Source: Candidatus Bathyarchaeota archaeon (GTDB lineage: Archaea; Thermoproteota; Bathyarchaeia; Bathyarchaeales; Bathycorpusculaceae). Taken from it: DNA of 64,000 bases. The DNA lies in NCBI GenBank assembly GCA_963733095.1, contig CAVTBV010000010.1, positions 1 to 64,000 of the forward strand, given 5' to 3'. This document shows, piece after piece, positions 19,590 through 30,223 of this stretch (the stretch's first letter is position 1; each line of letters starts with the position of its first letter). The position numbers and the translations under genes are program-made. The notes beneath the pieces were generated by a model, which saw only the letters and a list, made by a program, of their open reading frames with translations, was not told the DNA's origin and made no database searches.

Positions 19590-20114
19590 ATGCACACAAA
19601 CCAAAACACACATAGGCAAAACCTGCAACTGATTTATGCAAAGGAAGAAATTGCCTTGTCAGATCTAGCCAATAGTTGTGAATACATAACAAGTGAGAAG
19701 TTATGTCTAGCCGTTTCTGAAAGCCTAAAAGCAAAGGCAGCCAGACAAGTTCGATGCAAAAACGAGGAAAAAATGACGTGTTGCTACCTGTGCATGTTTG
19801 TAATGGATTGTGCGACACCCTGCCAATTTTTAGGGAGCACTGAAAAAGGTTCCCCCTCACTTGAGGTCAAAAAAACAAGTGTCGAAAACACCTCGGTCGA
19901 TGACAACAAAACTGAAGACCAAATGAAAAGCAACCCAGTTCCTTGTTGCTCTTTTTGCAATGTGGAGATGTCCCAAACTCGAACTAAGCTTAGAATTGAC
20001 GGGTGGAAAGGAACCCAAAAACCCGCTGATGACAAATCAGAGGAAGCGCTGCCTGTAATTGTTTATCTTTGTCCAAAATGTGGCAAAATCGAATTTAAAG
20101 CTGATAAAAATTAA
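19590..20114 (+). CDS. Cys-rich Zn-finger hypothetical protein
   Basis: N-terminal C..C..C..CCYLC..C..C cluster plus a C-terminal CSFC...CPKCGKIEF zinc ribbon; start uncertain. Confidence 0.7.
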   Translation: MHTNQNTHRQNLQLIYAKEEIALSDLANSCEYITSEKLCLAVSESLKAKAARQVRCKNEEKMTCCYLCMFVMDCATPCQFLGSTEKGSPSLEVKKTSVENTSVDDNKTEDQMKSNPVPCCSFCNVEMSQTRTKLRIDGWKGTQKPADDKSEEALPVIVYLCPKCGKIEFKADKN

Positions 20115-20144
20115 ACAAAACCTAAAAATTTTTTAATGTTGAGG

Positions 20145-20288
20145 TTAAGGTTTTTCTTTGGTTACAGACAGAACTTTACCACACTCGGTGCATTCCCAAC
20201 AAGTTAGCGTCTTGGTTTTGTCATATACAGGATTCATTTCTTCTTCGCATTCAGGGCATATTTTTTCTAGTTGATTACTTTTTGACAT
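20145..20288 (-). CDS. 47-aa zinc-ribbon protein (below ORF-track cutoff)
   Basis: MSKSNQLEKICPECEEEMNPVYDKTKTLTCWECTECGKVLSVTKEKP, with two CxxC pairs. Confidence 0.65.
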   Translation of the reverse strand: MSKSNQLEKICPECEEEMNPVYDKTKTLTCWECTECGKVLSVTKEKP

Positions 20289-20686
20289 CTAATTTCAGGC
20301 GTGAATGCCCGTTATGAAATAAAAACCTGCTGGTATTACTTGACTGCTTTAGCCAAGGACTTGGATAAACAGTCATTAGGCATCAATAAGCGTCTTTTAG
20401 TGCAACTTGGATAAAATTGCCCCTTATATGTGACGCCAAAGTTGATTTATAATTCGTAAGCTTCGTAATTGAGAACTGCAGTTTTGCATTATTAAAAAAT
20501 GCAGGGTAAAGGCAGTATCACCAACTTACTTCAACACGTAATTTAGGGACAAAGCGGCGCCCCGATTGCACAAGGCACTCCAAAATTTTACCCCTTTGGC
20601 TCCTACAACAGGGGTAAGTTACCGTTTTCCGTTTTAGCTCTCCAAAGCATGTCCATTTGTTTATTGCTTCTCTGAGGTATTGAAAA

Positions 20687-21376
20687 TCAGGGAATCATGA
20701 AAAGGACAAAGGCTAATTCGTCAAAAATAATGTGTGAGACCATGACTGGAAAAAGATTTTTACCAATCTTGTTAAACGTGAAGCTCCAAGCTAAGCCGAC
20801 AATAAATGCCACTAACATAAGTGACGGGTTAAACGTTGGCAAATGTATCATTGTATACAGAAAGCTGGTCAGAACAGCCGCAGCCCAGGGCTTAAACCGC
20901 ATGTCAAGGTGCTTAAGGATGAAGCCCTGCCAATACGTCGCCTCACCAAGACCTATCGGGAACAACAAAAGCCCTGCGATTGCCCAGAGAGGGAAATTTC
21001 CGCGAAAGGAGTAAACCGATGACACTTGAGAGGGAAACCCGGGTATAGAGTTAGCGATTTGGGCACCAAAATAGAAGAGCGCAAAAAGGGCAAGACCCAA
21101 AGCGGCTCCGATGACAAAACCACGTATTGTCGGTTGGAACTTGATTTTACGAATTCTAGGCACAGAGACGACTAAGAGTATTCCAGTTGAGAGGGCTAGC
21201 GTTGGCCAAAAACCGAAAGGCGGCTCAGTAAAAGTGATTACCCACAATATGAATGGCAGAGGAAGAGTCAACAGTTCGTAGTTGTGCCTTATTCTGTCGA
21301 AAGTTGAAGTTGCATGATTTTCAGGTGAGACATTGCATTTCGTTGGTTTTTCGGTCGTCGTCATTGTTTCCATCAC
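20687..21376 (-). CDS. CPBP/Abi (CAAX-like) intramembrane protein
   Basis: GEATYWQG (degenerate EExxFRG), YTMIH, SHIIFD; multi-TM; 22 bp downstream of menA. Confidence 0.75.
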   Translation of the reverse strand: MMETMTTTEKPTKCNVSPENHATSTFDRIRHNYELLTLPLPFILWVITFTEPPFGFWPTLALSTGILLVVSVPRIRKIKFQPTIRGFVIGAALGLALFALFYFGAQIANSIPGFPSQVSSVYSFRGNFPLWAIAGLLLFPIGLGEATYWQGFILKHLDMRFKPWAAAVLTSFLYTMIHLPTFNPSLMLVAFIVGLAWSFTFNKIGKNLFPVMVSHIIFDELAFVLFMIP

Positions 21377-21398
21377 GTGAAAGAAGCTTAACCTAGGT

Positions 21399-22415
21399 TT
21401 AATGAGGTTTCTTACCGTAAGCGATTTTCTTGAATAGTAAGAAAGTCAAAACTGTGCAGATGACCACTGAGGATAGAACCCCGATGAACCCGATAGTTAA
21501 GGGAGCAAAAACGCTCAACACGTACCCCAGCACCAGCAAGATGCCTGTAAATAGATGCACAACTATTGTAAGGGCGTTGGAGAGAGCAAGCTGTAAAGAA
21601 CTTGAATGGAACTGCCTTGCGTTCGAGATCGATTTCACTGACAAAGGTAACGTTACCAAGGCAATCAGGGTGTAAGCAGGAATAATCTGCAACAAGACAG
21701 CTACCAAGATAGCGATGTAAGTGGCATACATCATGCCTGCATAAACAACAGAAGCTTTTTCTCTACCGAGCCTGACAACCCACGTATTCTTTCCCACAGC
21801 TTTATCAGAACTGTAGTCCTGAAAAGCGTTTATGTACAGAATAGCGGTTATCAGAAGAGCAACTGGAACTGCTGCGACCAAAGGTTCGATTGATAAAGTT
21901 CCAGTTTGAACATAAAAAGCTCCAAGGGTCATGAGTAACCCAAAGTTTAATCCGACGATCGGTTCCCCTACGCCTCTCCCTGCAAGATTGAAGGGGCGAC
22001 CAGTGTAGAAATAGGCTGAAAATAAACCAATAGCAGCCAGAACCAGCATAAAGTATCCGACTACCAACGTAAAGTACAAACCTATCATGCCTGCTAGAGT
22101 GAAAAGGACCATCGCGCCCAAGAAAACTTCTCTTGGAGTGAGCAAACCTGAGGGAATAGCTCGACTTCCACCTGTGAACGGGCGTACAAACTCCTTATTT
22201 AAGGTGTCATTGCCACTCTTGTAATCGAAGTAATCGTTAACTACGTTAGCGCCTAGGTGGACAAATATACCGCCCATTAGGGCAAGGACAAAAAAGATCG
22301 GATTGAAAGCGCTGTTTCTCACCCACGAGATGACTGTACCCAAAACAATGGGAGTAATGGATCCAGTTAGAAAGGGAGCCCGCAACTCGCTAAGCCAGAC
22401 TTTCACTTTGTTCAT
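21399..22415 (-). CDS. menA: 1,4-dihydroxy-2-naphthoate prenyltransferase (UbiA family)
   Basis: RAPFLT, NVVNDYFDYKSGND, YTGRP..GVGE, INAFQDYSSDKAVGKNTWVVRLG. Confidence 0.85.
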   Translation of the reverse strand: MNKVKVWLSELRAPFLTGSITPIVLGTVISWVRNSAFNPIFFVLALMGGIFVHLGANVVNDYFDYKSGNDTLNKEFVRPFTGGSRAIPSGLLTPREVFLGAMVLFTLAGMIGLYFTLVVGYFMLVLAAIGLFSAYFYTGRPFNLAGRGVGEPIVGLNFGLLMTLGAFYVQTGTLSIEPLVAAVPVALLITAILYINAFQDYSSDKAVGKNTWVVRLGREKASVVYAGMMYATYIAILVAVLLQIIPAYTLIALVTLPLSVKSISNARQFHSSSLQLALSNALTIVVHLFTGILLVLGYVLSVFAPLTIGFIGVLSSVVICTVLTFLLFKKIAYGKKPH

Positions 22416-22997
22416 ACCATTTTTAAGGATGTACAGCTAAAATTAAGCCTTTTGCCAAATTTTTATTTAAATTCTCGGATTAAATTAAAAAGATACAGCG
22501 TATGACATGTTTAAACGAGAAAAATTTGCGCATATGCTTTTGAAGATCTGTTTGACGCCAAAGCGTCCAATTGAAGCTGAACTGTTTCCTTTGCTCACGT
22601 GAGAGTAAAATCTTCCAAAGCTTCATTAGGAATTGGCTTTCTTCCGAGCGTCGACACTTTTTTCTATTATTTCTTTCACAGAAGAGATCCGTTGACCAAT
22701 TTTGGGAACAGTTAGAAAACTACTATGGTTTATTCAAAAAAGCACACAACTCAATTGGATGAAAATTTAAAACAAAATCAATCTCGCAACAAAATTCTAA
22801 ACGGAGAAAAGCACGTTGGAAAAAAGAGAGGCGTACCAAGGATTAAGCATTTGAAAAAGTCTACATACTATCATAAAAATAGTATTTATAACGACAATGT
22901 TTTTAAAGAGTTGGAATACTTTATTGCTCTCCGCGCCCCTAACGTCTTTAAGTCGGTTAAGATGCTATTAATGATGAAAAGTAAGAGGAAAGGCAAG

Positions 22998-23999
22998 ATG
23001 AAACAACAATACTATGCCGAAACCGGCGTAGAAAGTTCATTTGTGAAATATTTTTCTAAAATAAAAAAAGAAGTTGAATCTGAACTATCGAAATTTGTCT
23101 TTTCTATACCACAAAAGAGCCTCAAGTCAAAAATAGAGTATACCGTTTTGTCTGGGGGCAAACGGTTCCGCCCATTTCTCGTTATTTTATCGGCAAAGAG
23201 CGTCGGCGGAAACCCAAGAACTGTAATGCCTCTTGCAATAGCCTTCGAGCTAATGCATACATCCACCTTAATCCATGATGATATAATCGACCAAGACGAA
23301 ATGCGCAGGGGTCAACCCTCACTGTACAAAAAAACGTCCATCAGCGAAGCTATACTCGCCGGAGATGCTCTAATAGCCCTTTCAGTAAGTCTAGCATCAT
23401 CATTCGGCGAGACTATACTGAAAGACGTAGCGCAAAGTGCCCTCGACCTCTGCGATGGAGAACACATGGACTTAGTAGACTCCTTAAAAACTACAACCGA
23501 ACAAGTTTATTTTGAAAAAATCAGGAAAAAATCAGCTTCTCTTTGTAAATCTGCAACATATTGTGGAGCGATAGCTGGGAAGGGATCACTTGCCGAGCAA
23601 TTGGCACTCGCTAGTTTTGGAGAGAGCTTAGGAATAGCTTATCAACTCAGAGATGACATGCTGGATTTTTCTGTAAATCACGACCTAAACTTGAAAGATC
23701 TTAGTAATGGAAGAGTCACTTTACCCCTCATCTATTGTTATGAACACAGCACTCCAGATGAGAGAAAGAAAATTGAAAAACTTCAAGCCCTCATAGGAAA
23801 AGATCCATCAAGCGCTAGCGAGAAATCAAGTGAGATAGTGCAGATTGCGCACAACAAGGGTGCATTTGAGTACTGTGAAAAGAAGGTAGATGAATATCTA
23901 ACCCAAGCTATCACAAGCGTTTCGGTACTGAAAGATACACGGTACAAAGCTTATTTAATGGAAATTGCTAGAACGCTAAGAACCTGGGAAACTGCGTAA
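22998..23999 (+). CDS. trans-polyprenyl diphosphate synthase
   Basis: GGKRFRP, FARM HDDIIDQDEMRRG, AILAGD, KSA, SARM YQLRDDMLD. Start probably near ATG 22998, not 22725. Confidence 0.9.
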   Translation: MKQQYYAETGVESSFVKYFSKIKKEVESELSKFVFSIPQKSLKSKIEYTVLSGGKRFRPFLVILSAKSVGGNPRTVMPLAIAFELMHTSTLIHDDIIDQDEMRRGQPSLYKKTSISEAILAGDALIALSVSLASSFGETILKDVAQSALDLCDGEHMDLVDSLKTTTEQVYFEKIRKKSASLCKSATYCGAIAGKGSLAEQLALASFGESLGIAYQLRDDMLDFSVNHDLNLKDLSNGRVTLPLIYCYEHSTPDERKKIEKLQALIGKDPSSASEKSSEIVQIAHNKGAFEYCEKKVDEYLTQAITSVSVLKDTRYKAYLMEIARTLRTWETA

Positions 24000-24170
24000 A
24001 AAGCAAACATAAGGGCTTTCTTATTGCTATAGGAGCACCAGTCCCGACTGCAATAATTGTTTCTGTTTGTTTAGGGACGGCAATCGCATGAACTAGAGCC
24101 AATTCTTGCACATAGTGGTTGTTTTATCCTTGCCTTGGCTGAAAGTGGGTTTCTCCACATAGGTGAAAAT
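24000..24170 (+). pseudogene. 5' remnant of a second menA-like gene
   Basis: GAPVPTAIIVSVCLGTAIA*TRANS..(frameshift)FILALAESGFLHIGEN aligns to the N-terminus of intact MenA (RAPFLTGSITPIVLGTVISWVRNS..FVLALMGGIFVHLGAN). Confidence 0.55.
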
Positions 24171-24458
24171 TTTTTTTATTTTCTTACCATCAGTTTGATT
24201 TTCTGCAGGATATCTACTCTACAAATTTTAAGGAACGTCTATTGTATATTTTCCTTTAATTGCTATCGTCATCGTATTCACTTTCCTGACAATTTAGTTT
24301 TTATATAAAACTAAAAAGCCGCCAACGCTAAATAATGCTGAACACCAAGGATTAAAATAAAATTTTAAAGTTGTGGTTTTAAACACAATATTTGGGAGAT
24401 TTATACTATAACTTTATAAGAAATATACTATTTTAACCAAAGATGTGGGTGATGCTTA

Positions 24459-25199
24459 TTGCCAAAAATAGAGGTCCTTCGGGCACTTTCTAACGACGTT
24501 AGGCTCGAGATCCTGAAACTCCTGTATCAAAAACCTAGGGACGTTGAAGATCTCGCAAAAAATTATTTAAAATTGCAGCCTATAACGGTACGTCATCACA
24601 TTCAATGTTTGCAAGAAGCAGGTCTTTTGGAATCTTATCAGGGAAGAACTGGTTCGGCAGGCAGACCTAAAACATATTACAAATTAGCTAAAAGCCTACC
24701 CATGATTACTTTTCCAGAAAGGCGCTACTTTGACTTATCCAAAGCAATGCTTAATAGCATTTTAATTAATGTAGGAGAAAAGAAAACTGTTAAGATACTA
24801 AGCGACGTCGGCATCAAGATGGGGAAAGAAACAGTAAAGTATCTTGCAGAAATGAACAATATAAAGCGATGGACACCTAAGGAATTTGCAGAAATTTTTG
24901 TTGGAAAATACCTCGAAGAAATCGGCACTGAACCTGAAATTATCGAAAAAAGTAGCAACTCAGTAGTCTATAAAACGCATAACTGTCTTTTCTTTGAATT
25001 GGCTCAGGAAAACCCAAGTTTGATGTGTGATGTACTCCATAACAGCTTCCACCACGCTCTTATAAAAGCTATGAGTGATAATCTTGAAGATACTCAGACA
25101 AGTTGCATGGGGCACGGCAACAATTGTTGTGAACATACCGTTGAATGGGTTCTAATAAATAAAAAACCGATAGAAAATGATAATAAAGTAAAATCTTAG
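24459..25199 (+). CDS. ArsR-type HTH regulator with a C-terminal V4R-like Cys-containing domain
   Basis: ALSNDVRLEIL, TVRHH..L.EAGL, GRPKTYY; HNCLF..MCD..CMGHG..CCEH. Confidence 0.85.
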   Translation: MPKIEVLRALSNDVRLEILKLLYQKPRDVEDLAKNYLKLQPITVRHHIQCLQEAGLLESYQGRTGSAGRPKTYYKLAKSLPMITFPERRYFDLSKAMLNSILINVGEKKTVKILSDVGIKMGKETVKYLAEMNNIKRWTPKEFAEIFVGKYLEEIGTEPEIIEKSSNSVVYKTHNCLFFELAQENPSLMCDVLHNSFHHALIKAMSDNLEDTQTSCMGHGNNCCEHTVEWVLINKKPIENDNKVKS

Positions 25200-25439
25200 T
25201 TGCGTAAATATTCATAAGTCTGACTGCATTCAGGAGCTTCATTAAAGAAATGGCTCTTTCCAAAGATGCCTCCTTCAGTTTGTATCTTGAGCTACATAGC
25301 TCAAAAAATGTTGATATATTTTTTTCTAATTACCTAAATTATATCAGTTATAACCTTTTTTTGGTCTTGACTCATTATTGGCAACGCATATATGATCGCT
25401 AACTCAAAAATTGGGGAAGACCACAATTTTATTTTGAGA

Positions 25440-25855
25440 TGCTTCTGTTTACGCGCGCTTATGAAAGCATCAGCATACGTAAAACCACGCAAGCTCTTGA
25501 CGGATTCGCAGTATAGCGCAGCAAATATAAGGGAAACCCCATTGAAGGGTGGAATGTTAGCTTATTCCTTATCGAAGAATCAAAGTAAAGGAGTCAGGGC
25601 ATTCTTAGAATTTATAGGAAATTTTGTAGTCATTGCCTTCAAAAATTCAAGAGAGCGTATAGGAAACATGCTGCTGTGGAGCGGGATTTCAGCAAGCTCA
25701 AGAATCTGGCAGACCTCACGCAGCGTAATTTGAGAGGATTAGCTAAAGTAACATTTCATTCTCAGCTCTGCGTTCTAATTATGCTTTTGACAGCCCAAGC
25801 AGCCGTTAACACGCACAAATTAAGCAACTAGAAACATCAGATATTTTGCGAACTG
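25440..25855 (+). pseudogene. IS4/IS5-superfamily DDE transposase remnant (3' part)
   Basis: KLLTDSQYSAANIR (second Asp region), then after a frameshift YRKHAAVERDFSKLK..LRGLAKVTFH (degenerate Y-2-R-3-E-6-K signature). Confidence 0.65.
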
Positions 25856-25972
25856 ATTTGGGAACAACCACGCATTCTAGCAAATAATAAGTTTATTATC
25901 GTTTTTATCAAATAAACACAAATTATAAATATTCAAAGCATAATTAGTCAACAATAGAGGAGATAAAAAAAC

Positions 25973-26599
25973 ATGGTAGTACCATATGACAATTTAGACA
26001 GTATGATGTGGACTGTTGGATTAAGCGCTGCAATAATTGGGATTTTGCTGTTGAAAATTCGCTATGACTCAAAAACACAAACAATCGAAGACTCTACTGT
26101 TAGGGACCGAATAGGCTACATACTGACCTTAGGCGGAGGCGGACTATATCTCTTAGTGTCTGGGCTTTACATATATTTCACATGGCCTTTTGGAAGCCCG
26201 TATGGGTCGCAGTTTACAACTGGTTACGTTGGAGGCTACAACAACGTGCTCTTTGGAGGAGTTGCAACAATGGGCGGTCTGCTGCTTATCATGGTTGCTT
26301 TGGCATTGTACTTCAATGGAGGCTTCAAGATGATATCTTACTTCGGTGTCGGTGTGGGGTTCTACGCATTAGCTGGAGCTGCTGCAATCTTGGTTAACAT
26401 GTATGGAAAAACACCCATACCATCTGCATTAGGCTACATCGGTTTAGCTGCTGCCGCGTTCTTCATTGTACCCGTTGCCCACTCGAATAACAAAAATTTC
26501 CGTTACCTCGCTGCACTCTTCGCATTCCTGTTTGCTGCTGTCTGGTTATTCGAAGGATTCAATACCACAATGTCACATCTGGGCGCACCAGTAATGTAA
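25973..26599 (+). CDS. DUF981-like membrane protein
   Basis: GLY..FTWP....YNNVLFG motif, about 6 TMs, terminal His; GAGG RBS. Confidence 0.7.
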   Translation: MVVPYDNLDSMMWTVGLSAAIIGILLLKIRYDSKTQTIEDSTVRDRIGYILTLGGGGLYLLVSGLYIYFTWPFGSPYGSQFTTGYVGGYNNVLFGGVATMGGLLLIMVALALYFNGGFKMISYFGVGVGFYALAGAAAILVNMYGKTPIPSALGYIGLAAAAFFIVPVAHSNNKNFRYLAALFAFLFAAVWLFEGFNTTMSHLGAPVM

Positions 26600-26788
26600 T
26601 AAAAGGCAAATAAAGAAACTGAATATCGACTCCGCCTAATTAGCGGAACACCTATCTTTTTATTTTTTGTATACAAATTAAGAAGTTTCAACTCGTAAGT
26701 TGCCGCCCAAATTCATTTTAAAGCCGCAATATATACGAACATATTTACAGATTGAAATACCAGATCGCTTCCGTTAGAAAGGTAGATC

Positions 26789-27480
26789 GTGGAAGAAAAG
26801 AATTCGTATCAAACTCTGTCAAGTAAATCACATCTCGATATTCTGAAGCTCTTTTACAAGAAAGATCAGAGTATTGAGCAGATTGCAGAAACACTTAATC
26901 TACAACCGATTAATATTAGTCATCACTTGAAGTCCTTGGAAGAAGCTGGGCTCATCGAAAAAAAGATGAACATCAAGTTTAGCTGGAAGACCAAAAACTC
27001 TTTACTGAATAGTTAAAAGGAAAAAGATAGTAGGGTTCCCAAAGAAACGCTATCTTACCCTACTAAGCTTCTTAATTAGCACTTTAGAATTTACCGCTGG
27101 AGCAAAAAACGCAAAAAAGTTGCTTAGCCGCGTTGGAAAAGTTATAGGAAAAGACGTCATAAAAGATCTAGAAACGAGAAATGAAATCAAACAATGGGCA
27201 TAAGAATACGTACAGTTTTTCATCAAAAACTATCTGGAGGAATCTGTAGCCGAGCCAGAGATTATCGAAGTCGCAGACAAAAAATTGTTTACCGGCTACA
27301 CAATTGCTTATTCTTCGAGTTAGCACTCAAAATGCCTGACATGATGTGCGACGTAATACATGACACATTCCACAACTGAGTCCAAGATGCCATGTCAAAA
27401 AATATCAAAACCACGAGAATTACCTGCATGAGGAAGGCGACGATTATTGCGAATATGTCTGGAGTGGGTCAATCCAGAGT
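26789..27480 (+). pseudogene. Frameshifted paralog of the ArsR-V4R regulator
   Basis: Fragments LSSKSHLDILKLFY..LQPINISHHL, FPKKRY, EPEIIE, YRLHNCLFFELALKMPDMMCDVIH match 24459-25199 across several frames and stops. Confidence 0.8.
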
Positions 27481-27636
27481 CTTCAACTTAATTTCAATCT
27501 AACAACCATTTTAGTGCGTGCCAAAAATTGTCTAAATAACTCAAAAAGACCCTTTCCATTCCTTAATAAGGAAAAACGACAAACAAACAATAAAGCAAAT
27601 TTAAATCCGTTTTCTAAAGAGCAATAGCAATGAATC

Positions 27637-28722
27637 CTATCGTTTTTTCTCAGCGAAGACTTTTTCACCGCGAATTTTTTTTCTCATAGCCATTTCAATT
27701 ACTTTTTTCAAAGCATCTTCGGTGTCAGTTTCTTCTAAGTAACCTTGGCGGATGGCCAGATTTATCAGTCTTTGAGCTACTTGACTTCGAACCAGCATGG
27801 TTGTGTAGCCTTCAGGGGAACCTATGCCGCCAACAGATATGTCTGCACTGTAATTGGAGAAGTCAGTGCACGCTAAGCATGAAGGACGTACGATGGGACC
27901 AAGGGCATCTAAATCTACATGTTCAACTTTCCCATTCGTCAGTTTAACGATAAAGTCTTCCTTAAGGTTGATTTTTTCAATCTGATCCAAGCTTGCCCCG
28001 ATCTTCCTCGCCAGAAACTTTGCCCCATCTTCATTCATAAAGAAATTCTCAAAACAAAACAGTCCCATTGTAAAGGCGACAATGTGACTTGGGACAATGT
28101 GAAGCAGCTGCATCTTCCGTATAGTGGATATTTGACAAGGAGTCCCCACCACGGCAAGCTTCGTGACATCTAATTCGTCGGATTTTTTGAGGGCGCGGAA
28201 CACTGAAGCGTACGTTGTCAAATCGCCTAGGTCTCTGATACTTTTAGACTGAGCAAGACTTGAGCCAGCGCACTTGAGTAGGTCGCCGAAGTCCATTGCT
28301 ATCATAGGTTCGTTGTTCCACGAGCTCTCCTTTTTCGAGAGAACTGCACCGTCGATTTTGCGGGAATCCAGCATGAATTCAAGAAGACCTGTAACTGCAC
28401 CGCCATCGCAGCAGACTTGGGCAATTTCGCTGTTTGTCGTGCGGAGGCTTCGGATAGCGACATAGGAGCCAATGGGTTCTTCATACTGGTATTTTGTTTT
28501 CAGCGCCTTGTCTAAGTCAGATGTTCGGGGGCAGATAAGATAGCAGATACCGTCATCTAGGCAGTTTCCTTCGTCACAGTAGACGGGCTTTTCATTTTCA
28601 ATCGAGAGAACGTTTAGCTCGTTTGCTGTGCAGAAGCTTACGCATCCGTAGCATGCGGCGCAGATGCCTGGTTCAATCACTTCTTTTCGAAGGGTACGAA
28701 AGGACAGCCTTTCATGGGTCAT
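27637..28722 (-). CDS. Coenzyme F420 hydrogenase/dehydrogenase beta subunit (FrhB/FpoF family) with an N-terminal ferredoxin
   Basis: CAACYGCVSFC..CLDDGICYLICP, DGGAVT, VGTPCQI, GLFCFENF, CLACTDF..ADISVGGIGS. Confidence 0.88.
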   Translation of the reverse strand: MTHERLSFRTLRKEVIEPGICAACYGCVSFCTANELNVLSIENEKPVYCDEGNCLDDGICYLICPRTSDLDKALKTKYQYEEPIGSYVAIRSLRTTNSEIAQVCCDGGAVTGLLEFMLDSRKIDGAVLSKKESSWNNEPMIAMDFGDLLKCAGSSLAQSKSIRDLGDLTTYASVFRALKKSDELDVTKLAVVGTPCQISTIRKMQLLHIVPSHIVAFTMGLFCFENFFMNEDGAKFLARKIGASLDQIEKINLKEDFIVKLTNGKVEHVDLDALGPIVRPSCLACTDFSNYSADISVGGIGSPEGYTTMLVRSQVAQRLINLAIRQGYLEETDTEDALKKVIEMAMRKKIRGEKVFAEKKR

Positions 28723-29612
28723 TTACTAACAATCTCTTTAGCCTGCGGTAAGATAGCCACAGGAGAAACAATATTTCTCTCTATCCCCAGCTCCTTATTA
28801 TCTATTCCGAAAGCTAAACCGATCAACTGAGTAAAGTACAGTATTGGCAACCCGATCCTCATACTGAAGGCGGCTTCTATGTCTACCTGCTTCGCATCAA
28901 GGTTAAACTGGCAAAGCGGGCAAGCAGTCACCATAACGTTAGCACCAGCATTCTTTGCGTCCAACAGGATTTTCTTTGAAAGCTCCAGCATTACTTTTTC
29001 GTCAGTTACCGCCATTGAAGCGCCGCAGCATTTGGTTTTGCTGTAATAGTCTACTCTTGAGGCCCCAAGGGCTTCAGCTAGCTCATCCATCTTGTTGGGG
29101 TGCTCTGGGTTATCGAAGTTTGTTAGGTCAACAGGTCTGACAAGAAGGCAGCCATAATAGGATGCGACATTCAGTGCTTTCAGGGGGTATTTGACTTGTG
29201 CTTTTATTTTTTCCAAGCCAACGTCTGTAAGAACAACTTCGAGAAGGTGTCTAACCCTAACGTTGCCACTATAGCTTAATCCGACTGCTTTGAGGGCTTC
29301 AGTTATTTTGCTTCGGACTTCGTCGTTCTCTTTTAGAATCTTATTAGTTCGTGCAAGCGTAAAGTAGCATGCACTGCATACCGTTACGATGTCAGTTTGC
29401 ATCTTTTCGGCTAACGCGAGGTTTCGGGCTGCAAGTGCAACCGAATAATCGGGTTCAACAGAAGAGACTGCGTCGATGGCACCGCAGCAGTTCCAGTCGG
29501 GAATTTCAACAAGCTCTATGCCTAAGGCTTGGCAAACTGCTTTTGCCGAGGAACCGTATTCTTTTGCGGATGCCGAGTGAGCGGCACATCCGGGGTAGTA
29601 GGCATATTTCAT
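28719..29612 (-). CDS. hdrB: Heterodisulfide reductase subunit B
   Basis: Two complete CCG domains: YYPGC..NCCG..CSAC and YYGC..KCCG..CPLC. Confidence 0.92.
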   Translation of the reverse strand: MKYAYYPGCAAHSASAKEYGSSAKAVCQALGIELVEIPDWNCCGAIDAVSSVEPDYSVALAARNLALAEKMQTDIVTVCSACYFTLARTNKILKENDEVRSKITEALKAVGLSYSGNVRVRHLLEVVLTDVGLEKIKAQVKYPLKALNVASYYGCLLVRPVDLTNFDNPEHPNKMDELAEALGASRVDYYSKTKCCGASMAVTDEKVMLELSKKILLDAKNAGANVMVTACPLCQFNLDAKQVDIEAAFSMRIGLPILYFTQLIGLAFGIDNKELGIERNIVSPVAILPQAKEIVSK

Positions 29613-30223
29613 TGTTTTTTGTCCCCTTTCATTTTTTCATGAATAGTTTGTAAGTCTGAAGCTGCCTTGCTGACTTTCTCGGGTCTTAGGGCGATTTTGT
29701 GTTTCTTTGCCAGTCGCATGCCTAAGGAGGCGGTGTGTCTGAGTGCTTTGAAGTCTGTCTTCTTCATCGTTCTTGCAAGCAGTGCAGCTTCGCTTAACCT
29801 TCCGTTTTTCGTCACTATATCGGCGAATCCGTTGTGGAATTTCACTTTCATCTCGCTTTTCGCCTTGCCTTCTTTCAAGGAGAGGCTTTTGAGCGACTGC
29901 ATAAGAGTTGTAATCTCGATACCTCTTGGGCACCGGGTTGCACAGGTGTAGCAACTGCTGCATTTCCAAATGGTGTAGCCATGAAGAACTTCGTCTCGCA
30001 TACCCAAGGTTATCATCTTGATAATTTGGGTGGGTGAGTAATCCATAGAGTCCCTTGTTGGGCAGCCGCCAGAGCAGACTCCACATTGTATGCATTCGAG
30101 GATTTTATCCCCTCCCGGCAGTTTCTCGACTTCATGAACAAAGTCAAGTCTGCTCCGTTTGGGAGTTTCAGTTTCTGGTACAGTTTTTCTCTCGTTACAT
30201 TCAGTCGTTTGGTTACTTTGCAA
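29609..30223 (-). CDS. hdrC: Heterodisulfide reductase subunit C
   Basis: CIQCGVCSGGCP and WKCSSCYTCATRCP. Confidence 0.92.
   Translation of the reverse strand: MQSNQTTECNERKTVPETETPKRSRLDFVHEVEKLPGGDKILECIQCGVCSGGCPTRDSMDYSPTQIIKMITLGMRDEVLHGYTIWKCSSCYTCATRCPRGIEITTLMQSLKSLSLKEGKAKSEMKVKFHNGFADIVTKNGRLSEAALLARTMKKTDFKALRHTASLGMRLAKKHKIALRPEKVSKAASDLQTIHEKMKGDKKQ

Noticed and set aside
22725-22997. ~90-aa N-terminal extension of the polyprenyl synthase
   Set aside because: AT-rich, promoter-like sequence with no domain character; a downstream ATG after a purine-rich RBS is more plausible.
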